From: a virus
Length of the DNA: 64,000 bases
Reading direction: 5' to 3' (one strand)
Virus record (IMG/VR): IMGVR_UViG_3300031951_000113
Coordinates: 4,915-68,914 of that record
Shown: positions 56,161 to 64,000 of the stretch, piece after piece
Layout: each line of letters opens with the position of its first letter
How positions within the stretch are numbered: the stretch's first letter is position 1
Program-made: the position numbers and the translations under genes
Notes under the pieces: model-generated
What the model saw: only the letters and a program-made list of their open reading frames with translations
Database searches by the model: none
What the model was told of the DNA's origin: nothing

Positions 56161-57555
56161 ATGGCTAGTCCTCTAATTAAAATAAAACGTGGCTCTACAG
56201 CCCCAAGCTCAACGCTTTCTGCTGGCGAGTTTGCTATCGATCAAAGCAACCAGAACCTGTATCTAGGTATTGATGACGGAGTATCCGTTAGCAATGTGAT
56301 TATCGCTGGTGAAGGCACTTTTGCTACTAAGACTTTTGTAGCGGACGCCATTGAAGCTGTTACAGACACTCTCGGCACAATGTCTACTCAAGACGCTGAT
56401 AGTGTAGCTATTACTGGAGGGACTATTGATGGAACCGCTATTGGGCAGTCTTCGGCTTCGACAGGCATATTTACAGGGATCGAGTCCACTGACCCTAACT
56501 TGACTAACAAGTTTGTGGGTCCGACTGAGTTTACTTGGGGCCTTAAAGGCAACGGCGTAAATCCCGTGTATGTAAGTAGCACGCTTGATCTTTCGATTGG
56601 CTCTGGCATAATTGAACTGGGGACTTCGGGCTACGGCGCGGTTCGCGGCCTTGGCGAGCCCGCTAACGATAACGACGCGGCCCGTAAAAAATATGTGGAC
56701 GACAAAGTGGCCGCTTTAGGGAGCGTTTTCCGCTATAAAGGAACTGTAGGCCAGTTTTCAAACGCCCCAGGCAACCGATTGCAAGATCTCCCCGATCAAA
56801 ACGCTGGAGCGTATTATCTGGTAGATTTCGTCCCGTCCCAGAATGGCGAGGCTCTTGCCTTTGAAGATGGGAACGGCGGCTCTTGGTTTGCCAAAGTTGG
56901 AGACGCTTTTGTTATGACGTCTCAGAGCGGTTGGCAAAAACTTGACAACGTTGACGTTGTGGTTAGCGGAACTGATAACGAAGTTACCGTAACTGGGGAT
57001 GAAAACACAGGCTACACTGTTGCGTTGGCGACTGCTTTCAAGTCTAGAGTTTCTAACGTAGAGCTCAAGACGCAAAACATTGACCTAGCCTCTACATCTG
57101 CCGGGGCCACTAAAGTAAACGGTAATGTCGATGTGGCTGGCAGGCTGTCTTCTTGTAACGAGAACTTTGTTGTTAACACCAGCAGAGTTGATTTTAGCAA
57201 CCAGGCTGTTTACATCGGCGGTTCTGGGGCAAAGCTTGTAGGCGTTGATGATAGTGGAGCCACCCCCTACATCGAAAACATAAATCACCGAGGCGCTTTT
57301 AAATTGTCTTCTGCGGGAGTATTCAACTCTCCTGATTTTGAGGTAACCAACGGCGGAGAGGTGCGGTTGAACCAGGCTTGTAATTCAGCTGCGGTTCAGT
57401 CTTACGGGACATTTAATATCTCGTCTGGAGGGGGACAATTCACTGACTCCGGGTCTCCGATTGCTTTAAAGGCAAATGGAAACCTCGTTGGGGTCAATAA
57501 TAATTTCGGGGTTCCGTACATCGAAAACTTTATTATTGACGGCGGAAATTATTAA
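56161..57555 (+). CDS. tail fibre-like protein
   Basis: IKIKRG..P..L..GE.A..LY.G N-domain, MSTQDA..VAITGGTI, DAA.K.YVD, IDGG.Y. Confidence 0.75.
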   Translation: MASPLIKIKRGSTAPSSTLSAGEFAIDQSNQNLYLGIDDGVSVSNVIIAGEGTFATKTFVADAIEAVTDTLGTMSTQDADSVAITGGTIDGTAIGQSSASTGIFTGIESTDPNLTNKFVGPTEFTWGLKGNGVNPVYVSSTLDLSIGSGIIELGTSGYGAVRGLGEPANDNDAARKKYVDDKVAALGSVFRYKGTVGQFSNAPGNRLQDLPDQNAGAYYLVDFVPSQNGEALAFEDGNGGSWFAKVGDAFVMTSQSGWQKLDNVDVVVSGTDNEVTVTGDENTGYTVALATAFKSRVSNVELKTQNIDLASTSAGATKVNGNVDVAGRLSSCNENFVVNTSRVDFSNQAVYIGGSGAKLVGVDDSGATPYIENINHRGAFKLSSAGVFNSPDFEVTNGGEVRLNQACNSAAVQSYGTFNISSGGGQFTDSGSPIALKANGNLVGVNNNFGVPYIENFIIDGGNY

Positions 57556-57568
57556 TGTTCAATATTTA

Positions 57569-57599
57569 CCCGCTTCAGGTATTTACTACCTGAGGCGGG
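57569..57599 (+). terminator. intergenic hairpin
   Basis: cccgcttcaggta / tacctgaggcggg. Confidence 0.55.
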
Positions 57600-57611
57600 C
57601 CATTTCTATAA

Positions 57612-58247
57612 ATGGCTTCTACTAAAATAGTACCTAAAAAGTCTGTACAGCAGGGCAAAGTGCCTGAAGCTGGCGATCTATCCTCTGGAGAGATAGCCAT
57701 TAATTATACTGATAAGAAACTTTACGGAAAGAACCCTAGTTCTGGACTTGTTGTTGAGATTGGGGGGCTATCTGCCCACTACCACGATCAGCTTTTTTCG
57801 GTAAACAGAGTTTCTGACTTTGAGGTGTCAGACTCTGGAAGTGTTGTGGTAACTAACGGGTCTGGAGTTTCCACTTCACTTTTACCCCTTAGTTCAGTCA
57901 ACAGGGTATTATCACTCCCTGACAAAAATGGCACTTTAGCTACGCTCGACGATGTCCCCGCTTCAAGCACCATCAATGACCTTGATGAGATGTTTAACTC
58001 TGCCAGAGCCACCTACTACCACGAGGTCGGCTATACGGCGGGCGGGGATGTCTCGGCCATCGAGGTGTATGCCACTAGCGCGAAGGCCACGCACCTTTAC
58101 TCACGCGCATTCACTTACAACGCCTCGGGAAATATCACCCAGGTCCTTACCACCGATCGCCAAAATTCCGGCGTCTCTCTTACTAAAACAATTTCTTACA
58201 ACGGGTCAGGCGACATCGCCACCATGACTCGCTCTTACTCGCTTTAA
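57612..58247 (+). CDS. fibre adaptor-like protein
   Basis: KK....KVP...L..GEIAIN..D.KLY N-domain; LPDK.GTLA; YD-like C-terminal repeats. Confidence 0.7.
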   Translation: MASTKIVPKKSVQQGKVPEAGDLSSGEIAINYTDKKLYGKNPSSGLVVEIGGLSAHYHDQLFSVNRVSDFEVSDSGSVVVTNGSGVSTSLLPLSSVNRVLSLPDKNGTLATLDDVPASSTINDLDEMFNSARATYYHEVGYTAGGDVSAIEVYATSAKATHLYSRAFTYNASGNITQVLTTDRQNSGVSLTKTISYNGSGDIATMTRSYSL

Positions 58248-58250
58248 TTT

Positions 58251-61200
58251 ATGGCTAATATCTCAGTTACAACGGATACTAATTACAGCACGCTTACGAT
58301 CGCCAATGGCGACACAATTAGCGTGGACTCGCTCGCCACTCTCACGATCGACACAAACACCGTTAATATCGCAGGTATTAGTTTCACTGGCACGGGCGGT
58401 AAGGTTGTAGTCAATAACCCCTCCACCACCACTCCGATTTTCGTGAATGTCACAGGCTCGATCCCTGTGAGTGTAGACGGCGAGCTTCGCGCTTTTGGCG
58501 CACCTATCCAGATCGGCACGGGGGATGGCAGCACGGCCACCTTTGCGCTGCCCACAGGCGCGGGCGGCTCGAAATACGATAACATCAGCGTGTGCTGGGT
58601 CGCTCGCGGCGACACTTTCCGCGACGGCACATCCTACCTCCGCACCTACGCCGAGGTGGATTCTTTCACAAATCTCGTCACGGCCTACCAAGACCATTTC
58701 ACGCACGACACGGTGGCGAACACGATCACCTTCCGCAGCGCGCCGTCAGCCGGGGCCGCGATCACGATTCCGAATATCCAAATCCGCGATGCAGGCGGCT
58801 CCACAGGGATGACTTTCTCTGGCCCCACGGAGTTCAACTACACCTCGATCGCTCGGTTCGATAGCATGTCGAACAACAGCAACACGCAGGAACTTACGCT
58901 CCGCAACTGCGGGGTGCGCCACGGCGGCGGAAGCGGCACACTGAATTGGCGGCGCGCACCCGGCACCATCACCATGACAGGCACCGCATTCTTGTGCGAG
59001 AACGCTTCGCTCGATTGCTTCGCGTGCGTCAATATCGTTTTCAAAAACTGCATCTTCACAGGCAAAAATACTTCCAGCGTTTTTTCAGCCCAGCCAGCCG
59101 GGGTGATGAATGTAGAGAAAGTCCTCTTCGCCTGTGCGCTGACCAACGCCACCACGGGCCAAGGCGGGATCGGTTTCGGGGGCAGCGGCAGCACGATCAA
59201 CGATGTGCGGTATGCCGCACCCGTCTCTGTCTCGATGTCGGTCTCCAATAGCTCTTTCGACACGATGCAAATCTCGCCGAAGTTTTACACTACGCAGGTC
59301 AACAACAGCACGGGCTACGCCATGTCCCTCCAGCCCGGTTACGGCGGCAACCTCTTCCAGAGAATCTCCAACCTCAACGACCTCGCCGTGCTCGGGGGTT
59401 ACAGCGTCATCCTCGGCAGTGAATCCACGGCCTACGGCAACACATTCAATGACTGCACATGGTATGTCGGCGAGGGTCCGACTTTCCCGATCACCGATGG
59501 CCTCCGTGCCAGCCATGTTTATGCCATTAAATCTCTCGGCACCACCACGACCGCGCAGTGGCAGGCGATCGGCTACTCGGGCACTCCTGCGGTCGGCGGC
59601 ACCTTCACGGCAAACTCCACCGCGCCCACTGGCACCGGAACCGTGGCGCTCGCCGCGACTTCGACCGTCATTCTGGATCGCGGCCCCGGTAGCCGCTTCA
59701 ATAAATTCCAAATCGTCGGAGCGCATCGCGGCGGCGTGATCTTTCCAGACCCCGACTCTTCAAATTCCGTCTTCTCGAATTGGACTCACGATACGCTCAC
59801 CTCCTTCACCGGAGGCTCGGGGAACAGTTACAACGGGGCCTCGAATATCGTCATAGATCGCGTGCTCATCCAGCACGCCACGCCTGAGACGGCTTTTGGC
59901 CTCTCGCTGACCACAGGCGTCGATACCCCCTCAATGCTGGTTTATCGCAATGTCGCCAAGACCGCAGGCCGCGTGCAGATCGCTCCGTTTTACGCGAAAA
60001 ACAGCACGGCATTCGCGCTCGGCAGCGGTAATGTCGGCCCAGCTTTCACAAAAAGCAGCTTGCGCCTTTTCCTTCGCAACTCTGGCGACTCCGCTACCTA
60101 CGAGGCCCGCAGCTATGGTGGAGTCACGGGTATCACAAATTTTCACTTTCGCGATGCGGGAAACAGCTCACTCCCTGCGACCACCTTTGATGCCGCTTAC
60201 TCGCTCGGTGTCTCCATGCGCCGCCCCGCTGGCACCTACACAGCCACCCGCAGGATGTTTGGCGTGCGGCTCACAGGCTCCAACCAGACCGCGAATTACT
60301 CCGCAGGCCACACCGTCACGCAGGCCCGCACCATCGGCGGCCAAACCGTCACGCTCACAGGCATCGTGGATTCCATTGGCTCTAACGAAATCCGCATCCG
60401 CGACATCACCACCTCCAACGGCACTCTCTGGCCCGTCTTCGCCTCCTCCTCCGTGAGCGCCGCCCCGCTCATCAACGCCACCACCGGATTCACCCCCGCC
60501 TCGAATGTCTGGAGTGGACAGGATGAATATATCCCAGCCTCCGCCCTCACGAGCCTCTCCAGCGACTTGTCGGGGCTCCCCGCCGATTCGCAGAACCGCG
60601 TGCAGTTCCGCCTCACCGTCGTCCGTGCCGAGCGCGCCGGGGCCACCGACACATTCACCGCCGCGTTCCAAGGCGCGGCCCTCGATGTCACGCTCGACCC
60701 CGCCTACGAAGCCGAGTTTTTCGTCAAGCCCGCCACCATCTCCTCCCCCAGCCTCATCGCTGGCACCCGAGTCCGCCTCTACAACGAAACCAAAAACCTA
60801 GAACTCGCCAACGAAACCCTCGCCAGCGCCGGATTCTCAAAGACCTTTGATCTCCTCGGCGCACTCGTCTCCGTGGGCGATACCATCAGCCTCCGCGCCG
60901 CCTACCAAAGCGGCCTCACGGCAAAAACTCCCATCGAATCGCTCGGCATTCTCACCGCCGGGGGGCTCACCTTTGCCACCGAGCAGGAAAACGACGCGAC
61001 CTATATTGCAAACAATATCGACGGCTCTGCCGTTACAGGCATCTCGCTTTCGCCCGACTATACGAATGTTGAGATTGATTTGAGTGACGCCTCGGCACCG
61101 TATGAAGTTACCGCGCAGGCGATCTACAATTACTACATCCATCTCCTGACGACTTCGCAAGGCATCGCCAATTTCTTTGGTGCCATCACACCGATCGACC

Positions 61201-61487
61201 GGATGAACTACCAGATCAATGCCGCAGTCGCTCCGCTCCGGTTCCAGAACACAGGAACTTCCCATGTGGTCATCAACGGGGGGCGCATTTTCCGCGATGA
61301 CAATGTGAGCATCATCAACACTTCAAGCAACACGGGTTCTATTGTCCACGACACGGGCTTCCTCGTTCAGTTCTTGCAACCTCAAGTTGAGGCGGCCTTT
61401 GCGGGGTATGGAGTCGCAAGCTCCTCCGGTATGGACGCCATGGAATCCCGCTTGAAGAAGAAAATTAACCAAGCAGTTTTAATCTAG
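58251..61487 (+). CDS. large tail spike / beta-helix-like receptor-binding protein
   Basis: 1078 aa, T/S/G/N-rich; C-rich codon usage unlike neighbours. Confidence 0.7.
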   Translation: MANISVTTDTNYSTLTIANGDTISVDSLATLTIDTNTVNIAGISFTGTGGKVVVNNPSTTTPIFVNVTGSIPVSVDGELRAFGAPIQIGTGDGSTATFALPTGAGGSKYDNISVCWVARGDTFRDGTSYLRTYAEVDSFTNLVTAYQDHFTHDTVANTITFRSAPSAGAAITIPNIQIRDAGGSTGMTFSGPTEFNYTSIARFDSMSNNSNTQELTLRNCGVRHGGGSGTLNWRRAPGTITMTGTAFLCENASLDCFACVNIVFKNCIFTGKNTSSVFSAQPAGVMNVEKVLFACALTNATTGQGGIGFGGSGSTINDVRYAAPVSVSMSVSNSSFDTMQISPKFYTTQVNNSTGYAMSLQPGYGGNLFQRISNLNDLAVLGGYSVILGSESTAYGNTFNDCTWYVGEGPTFPITDGLRASHVYAIKSLGTTTTAQWQAIGYSGTPAVGGTFTANSTAPTGTGTVALAATSTVILDRGPGSRFNKFQIVGAHRGGVIFPDPDSSNSVFSNWTHDTLTSFTGGSGNSYNGASNIVIDRVLIQHATPETAFGLSLTTGVDTPSMLVYRNVAKTAGRVQIAPFYAKNSTAFALGSGNVGPAFTKSSLRLFLRNSGDSATYEARSYGGVTGITNFHFRDAGNSSLPATTFDAAYSLGVSMRRPAGTYTATRRMFGVRLTGSNQTANYSAGHTVTQARTIGGQTVTLTGIVDSIGSNEIRIRDITTSNGTLWPVFASSSVSAAPLINATTGFTPASNVWSGQDEYIPASALTSLSSDLSGLPADSQNRVQFRLTVVRAERAGATDTFTAAFQGAALDVTLDPAYEAEFFVKPATISSPSLIAGTRVRLYNETKNLELANETLASAGFSKTFDLLGALVSVGDTISLRAAYQSGLTAKTPIESLGILTAGGLTFATEQENDATYIANNIDGSAVTGISLSPDYTNVEIDLSDASAPYEVTAQAIYNYYIHLLTTSQGIANFFGAITPIDRMNYQINAAVAPLRFQNTGTSHVVINGGRIFRDDNVSIINTSSNTGSIVHDTGFLVQFLQPQVEAAFAGYGVASSSGMDAMESRLKKKINQAVLI

Positions 61488-61488
61488 T

Positions 61489-61758
61489 ATGCCTGAGGAA
61501 TTCAATCGAAGAAAATCCGACGAGTTTTTCAAACTTTTCGACAACGCGCTAAAAGTCGGAACTTTCCTAGCTCTTGTCGGCGTAGCCCTTCTAGGCACAA
61601 AATTTGTTACAAAGGAGGAGTTTACAGCGGCCAATTCTCGCATTGAGAAGATTGAACAAGTTTTAATACGTATGGAACAAAATGCAGTTACCGATGCGAG
61701 GCATGATAACCTCCTCAACGATCACGAAAATAGATTAAGAACTCTTGAACGAAAATGA
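61489..61758 (+). CDS. TM plus coiled-coil protein (lysis cassette)
   Basis: One TM; DHENRLRTLE. Confidence 0.65.
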   Translation: MPEEFNRRKSDEFFKLFDNALKVGTFLALVGVALLGTKFVTKEEFTAANSRIEKIEQVLIRMEQNAVTDARHDNLLNDHENRLRTLERK

Positions 61759-62159
61759 CTTGGGATATTCCAGCAATGATAAAGTCGGGCGTCGATCTTA
61801 TCGACAAATTTATTCCCGACACAGACGCAAAAAACAGGGCTAAAGAGGCTTGGCAGCTAAGAGTCCTTGAAATCGCCGCACAAGAAGCCACACAGCAAAG
61901 CCAAACTAATACAACAGAAGCTTCGCATTCTTCCTTGTTCGTATCTGGCTGGCGACCCGCTGTTGGGTGGGTGTGCGCATTTTCTTTTGCTTGGATATGC
62001 TTCGGGCAACCACTTTTTAGCTGGGTTTATGTCTTAACCACAAAACAACCAGCGCCAGTTGTTGAGCTGCCCACAGAAATGCTTATGACGACACTACTAG
62101 GGATGCTTGGGTTAGGGACACTTCGGACGCTAGAAAAAATTAGGGGAGTTAACAGATGA
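61755..62159 (+). CDS. 3TM-type holin
   Basis: IDKFIPD, EA.H...FVSGWRP.VGW, LLGMLGLG..RT.EK. Confidence 0.85.
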   Translation: MTWDIPAMIKSGVDLIDKFIPDTDAKNRAKEAWQLRVLEIAAQEATQQSQTNTTEASHSSLFVSGWRPAVGWVCAFSFAWICFGQPLFSWVYVLTTKQPAPVVELPTEMLMTTLLGMLGLGTLRTLEKIRGVNR

Positions 62160-62242
62160 TCTCTCCTAACCAGCTTTTTATATTATTGGTAGCGGGGTCA
62201 TTAGCGGCAGCTGTATTAGCGTTCTTAACTTCGATGTAACTT

Positions 62243-62755
62243 ATGATTCATAAACTAATATCTATAGCTCAAGCCGAGATAGGCGTTATCGAAATAGGCG
62301 GCAATAACTTAGGTCCTAGAGTTCGGGAGTATCAGTCTTCTACCGACTTGCCTCCCGGTGCGTGGCCTTGGTGCGCCGCGTATGTAGATTACTGCATAAG
62401 AGAGTGGCTTAGAGACCTAGATGTGCTAGACTGGCTTAAACTAACGCGCACTCCTGAAGAGTGGAGGCCAAAAACAGCTTTGGCTTATGGTTTAACTTCA
62501 TGGGCGAAACAACGTACCAAGACCACTAGTATATTTACCGACAAAGACTCTGCACAGCCTGGAGACATAGTAACATTTGATTTCAGTCATGTAGGATTTG
62601 TATTGGAAGACGATGGGAAAAATCTAGTAACCGTTGAGGGTAACACAAATGGGAAAGGTCAGCGCGATAGTGATAGTGGTGACGGTGTTTGGAGGAAGAT
62701 CCGCCCTAAGTCTCTAGCTAAAGACATTATTCGAATCCACCCAAGAAAAGTATGA
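62243..62755 (+). CDS. CHAP-domain endolysin
   Basis: PWCAAYV, PGDIV.F, SHVG.V, T.EGNT. Confidence 0.9.
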   Translation: MIHKLISIAQAEIGVIEIGGNNLGPRVREYQSSTDLPPGAWPWCAAYVDYCIREWLRDLDVLDWLKLTRTPEEWRPKTALAYGLTSWAKQRTKTTSIFTDKDSAQPGDIVTFDFSHVGFVLEDDGKNLVTVEGNTNGKGQRDSDSGDGVWRKIRPKSLAKDIIRIHPRKV

Positions 62756-62827
62756 ACAACGAAATATTAGGGCATTACGCCTCACACCCTGCAACCCTAC
62801 AACTACAAGATCCTCGCGTTAAGATTT

Positions 62828-63139
62828 ATGAGCAAGCACTTAGACAAATCCTTAAAGCCAGACAAATCGCGCACGCGAAGTCGATCGCAAAAGAAGCCTA
62901 CGCCCGAGTTGCAAATAGCTTATCGAAAGCTGGGTAAGGAAAAAGCTAGGGGGCAGTTTATTTCTGATCTAGGTTTAATAGAGATCGACGAGCGCTTAAC
63001 TGGCGAGGAGCACTTGGAGGTTCTAATACATGAGTCACTTCACGCTTTACAACCACATCACGATGAGCTAACTGTAGCTCGTGACGCGGTTAATCTTGCG
63101 CACATATTGTGGTTCGACGGGTATAGAAAAACTGTATGA
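62828..63139 (+). CDS. small HExxH metallopeptidase-like protein
   Basis: IEID.RL..EVLIHESLH..E..V. Confidence 0.7.
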   Translation: MSKHLDKSLKPDKSRTRSRSQKKPTPELQIAYRKLGKEKARGQFISDLGLIEIDERLTGEEHLEVLIHESLHALQPHHDELTVARDAVNLAHILWFDGYRKTV

Positions 63140-63858
63140 GTTACAAAAGATACTTAGCTTGTTCTTGTTCGCACGGAGACTTCATAGACCCTGAGGCCAG
63201 AGACGCTATACTAAAGTTTAAAAAGCTTTGGAAACCACACACAACCCTCCATCTTGGGGATTTTGTCGATTTGGCCGCTCTTCGAAAAGGTGCTCAGGCG
63301 GACGTGAACTCGAAGGACCGAGCTAGGTCTATTTCTGATGATGTGGACGCTGGAGTAGCTTTTCTTTATGAGCTAGGGCCTAACCACATTTTGTTTGGAA
63401 ACCACGAGGCTCGTGTTAGCGAGTTGTCTTCGTCGCCTAACGCTCTTGCTTCTAGAGCCGCGCAGTCTGTTTTGGATGAATTGGACCAGTGCGCACGAAA
63501 ATTGAAGGCCAAGCTCTACCCCTACACAGTTCGTTCCTGCGTAACTCTTGGAGACACTAAGTTTTTGCATGGATTCTTGCATAACGTAGCGGCCCTGAGG
63601 GACACCTCCGAGGCTTTTGGGTGCAGGATTGTTATGGGGCACATTCATCGAACTGGTATCGAAAGAGCTAGAACAATCGCTGGAGCTTCTGGGTATGGTT
63701 GCGGGATGCTTAGGGACTTTACTCCAGATTATGCTGCGACTAAACGGCAGACGCTTGCATGGAGCCAAGGTTTTGTGTTTGGCGAGTATAACGAGCAGCA
63801 CTGCACAGTTAACATCGTAGAGAGGTATTATGGTCAACCGTGGAGGCTTCCGGTATGA
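63136..63858 (+). CDS. calcineurin-like metallophosphoesterase
   Basis: CSHG, GDFVD, GNHE, HG, GHIH, W.QGF. Confidence 0.85.
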   Translation: MSYKRYLACSCSHGDFIDPEARDAILKFKKLWKPHTTLHLGDFVDLAALRKGAQADVNSKDRARSISDDVDAGVAFLYELGPNHILFGNHEARVSELSSSPNALASRAAQSVLDELDQCARKLKAKLYPYTVRSCVTLGDTKFLHGFLHNVAALRDTSEAFGCRIVMGHIHRTGIERARTIAGASGYGCGMLRDFTPDYAATKRQTLAWSQGFVFGEYNEQHCTVNIVERYYGQPWRLPV

Positions 63859-64000
63859 AAAACAAGACCCCCAGTAAGCTTCAACAAGCTTGGGCCCGCT
63901 TTTTTAAAGACGCCGCTGTGGATGACTTGGAAGCCTATAGATCTGACGGCTGGAAGACTGTTGATGAGATAGCCACGCAATCAAACACGTCATTAAGCAC
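63855..64000 (+). CDS. hypothetical protein, truncated by window end
   Basis: ATGA overlap; open to the edge (MKNKTPSKLQQAW..GWKTV.EIA). Confidence 0.5.
   Translation, partial: MKNKTPSKLQQAWARFFKDAAVDDLEAYRSDGWKTVDEIATQSNTSLS

Noticed and set aside
55045-61487. Diversity-generating retroelement or invertible fibre cassette
   Set aside because: No reverse transcriptase, TR/VR pair or invertase seen. The short LVGV..PYIEN duplication in 56161-57555 does not look adenine-specific.
62752-62937. 61-aa ORF after the endolysin
   Set aside because: Overlaps the better-supported HExxH gene by 110 nt; could be real (ATGA coupling) but has no other support.
1-64000. Stop-codon reassignment
   Set aside because: Long genes are intact under the standard code, and TAA, TAG and TGA all end well-packed genes.

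Overview
The window is most of the genome of a temperate, tailed dsDNA phage, probably short-tailed because it has large injected proteins and no tape-measure gene. It is in the excised or circular state: an attP-like 3' half of tRNA-Thr(UGU) sits next to a tyrosine integrase in mid-window, with phage genes on both sides. The + strand arm (44.1-64 kb, probably continuing into 0-15 kb) carries terL, portal, scaffold, major capsid, a Gly-X-Gln collagen-like protein, fibres and a spike, holin, CHAP endolysin, a sulfotransferase-like gene, a tail adaptor and a 3105-aa polyvalent internal protein. The - strand arm (43.7 to 15.3 kb) carries integrase, RHH/HTH regulators, a RuvC-like resolvase, an SNF2 helicase-Cas4-like fusion, an SSB-like gene, PolA (Leu762 type), a primase-helicase with an ori-like repeat region, an early cluster (AAA ATPase, VWA/metallopeptidase, DUF3150-like, Nmad5-like, three paralogues) and glycan-modifying enzymes. 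Main unexplained signals: (1) about 13 copies of an asymmetric 13-bp motif (GGGTATAATATCC-like), mostly oriented with transcription, resembling a stoperator network; (2) a 600-nt hairpin-dense non-coding region at 31.2-31.8 kb plus three smaller structured-RNA candidates; (3) an unannotated 59-aa histone-fold-like ORF. All calls come from reading motifs by eye. No database search or folding computation was run.
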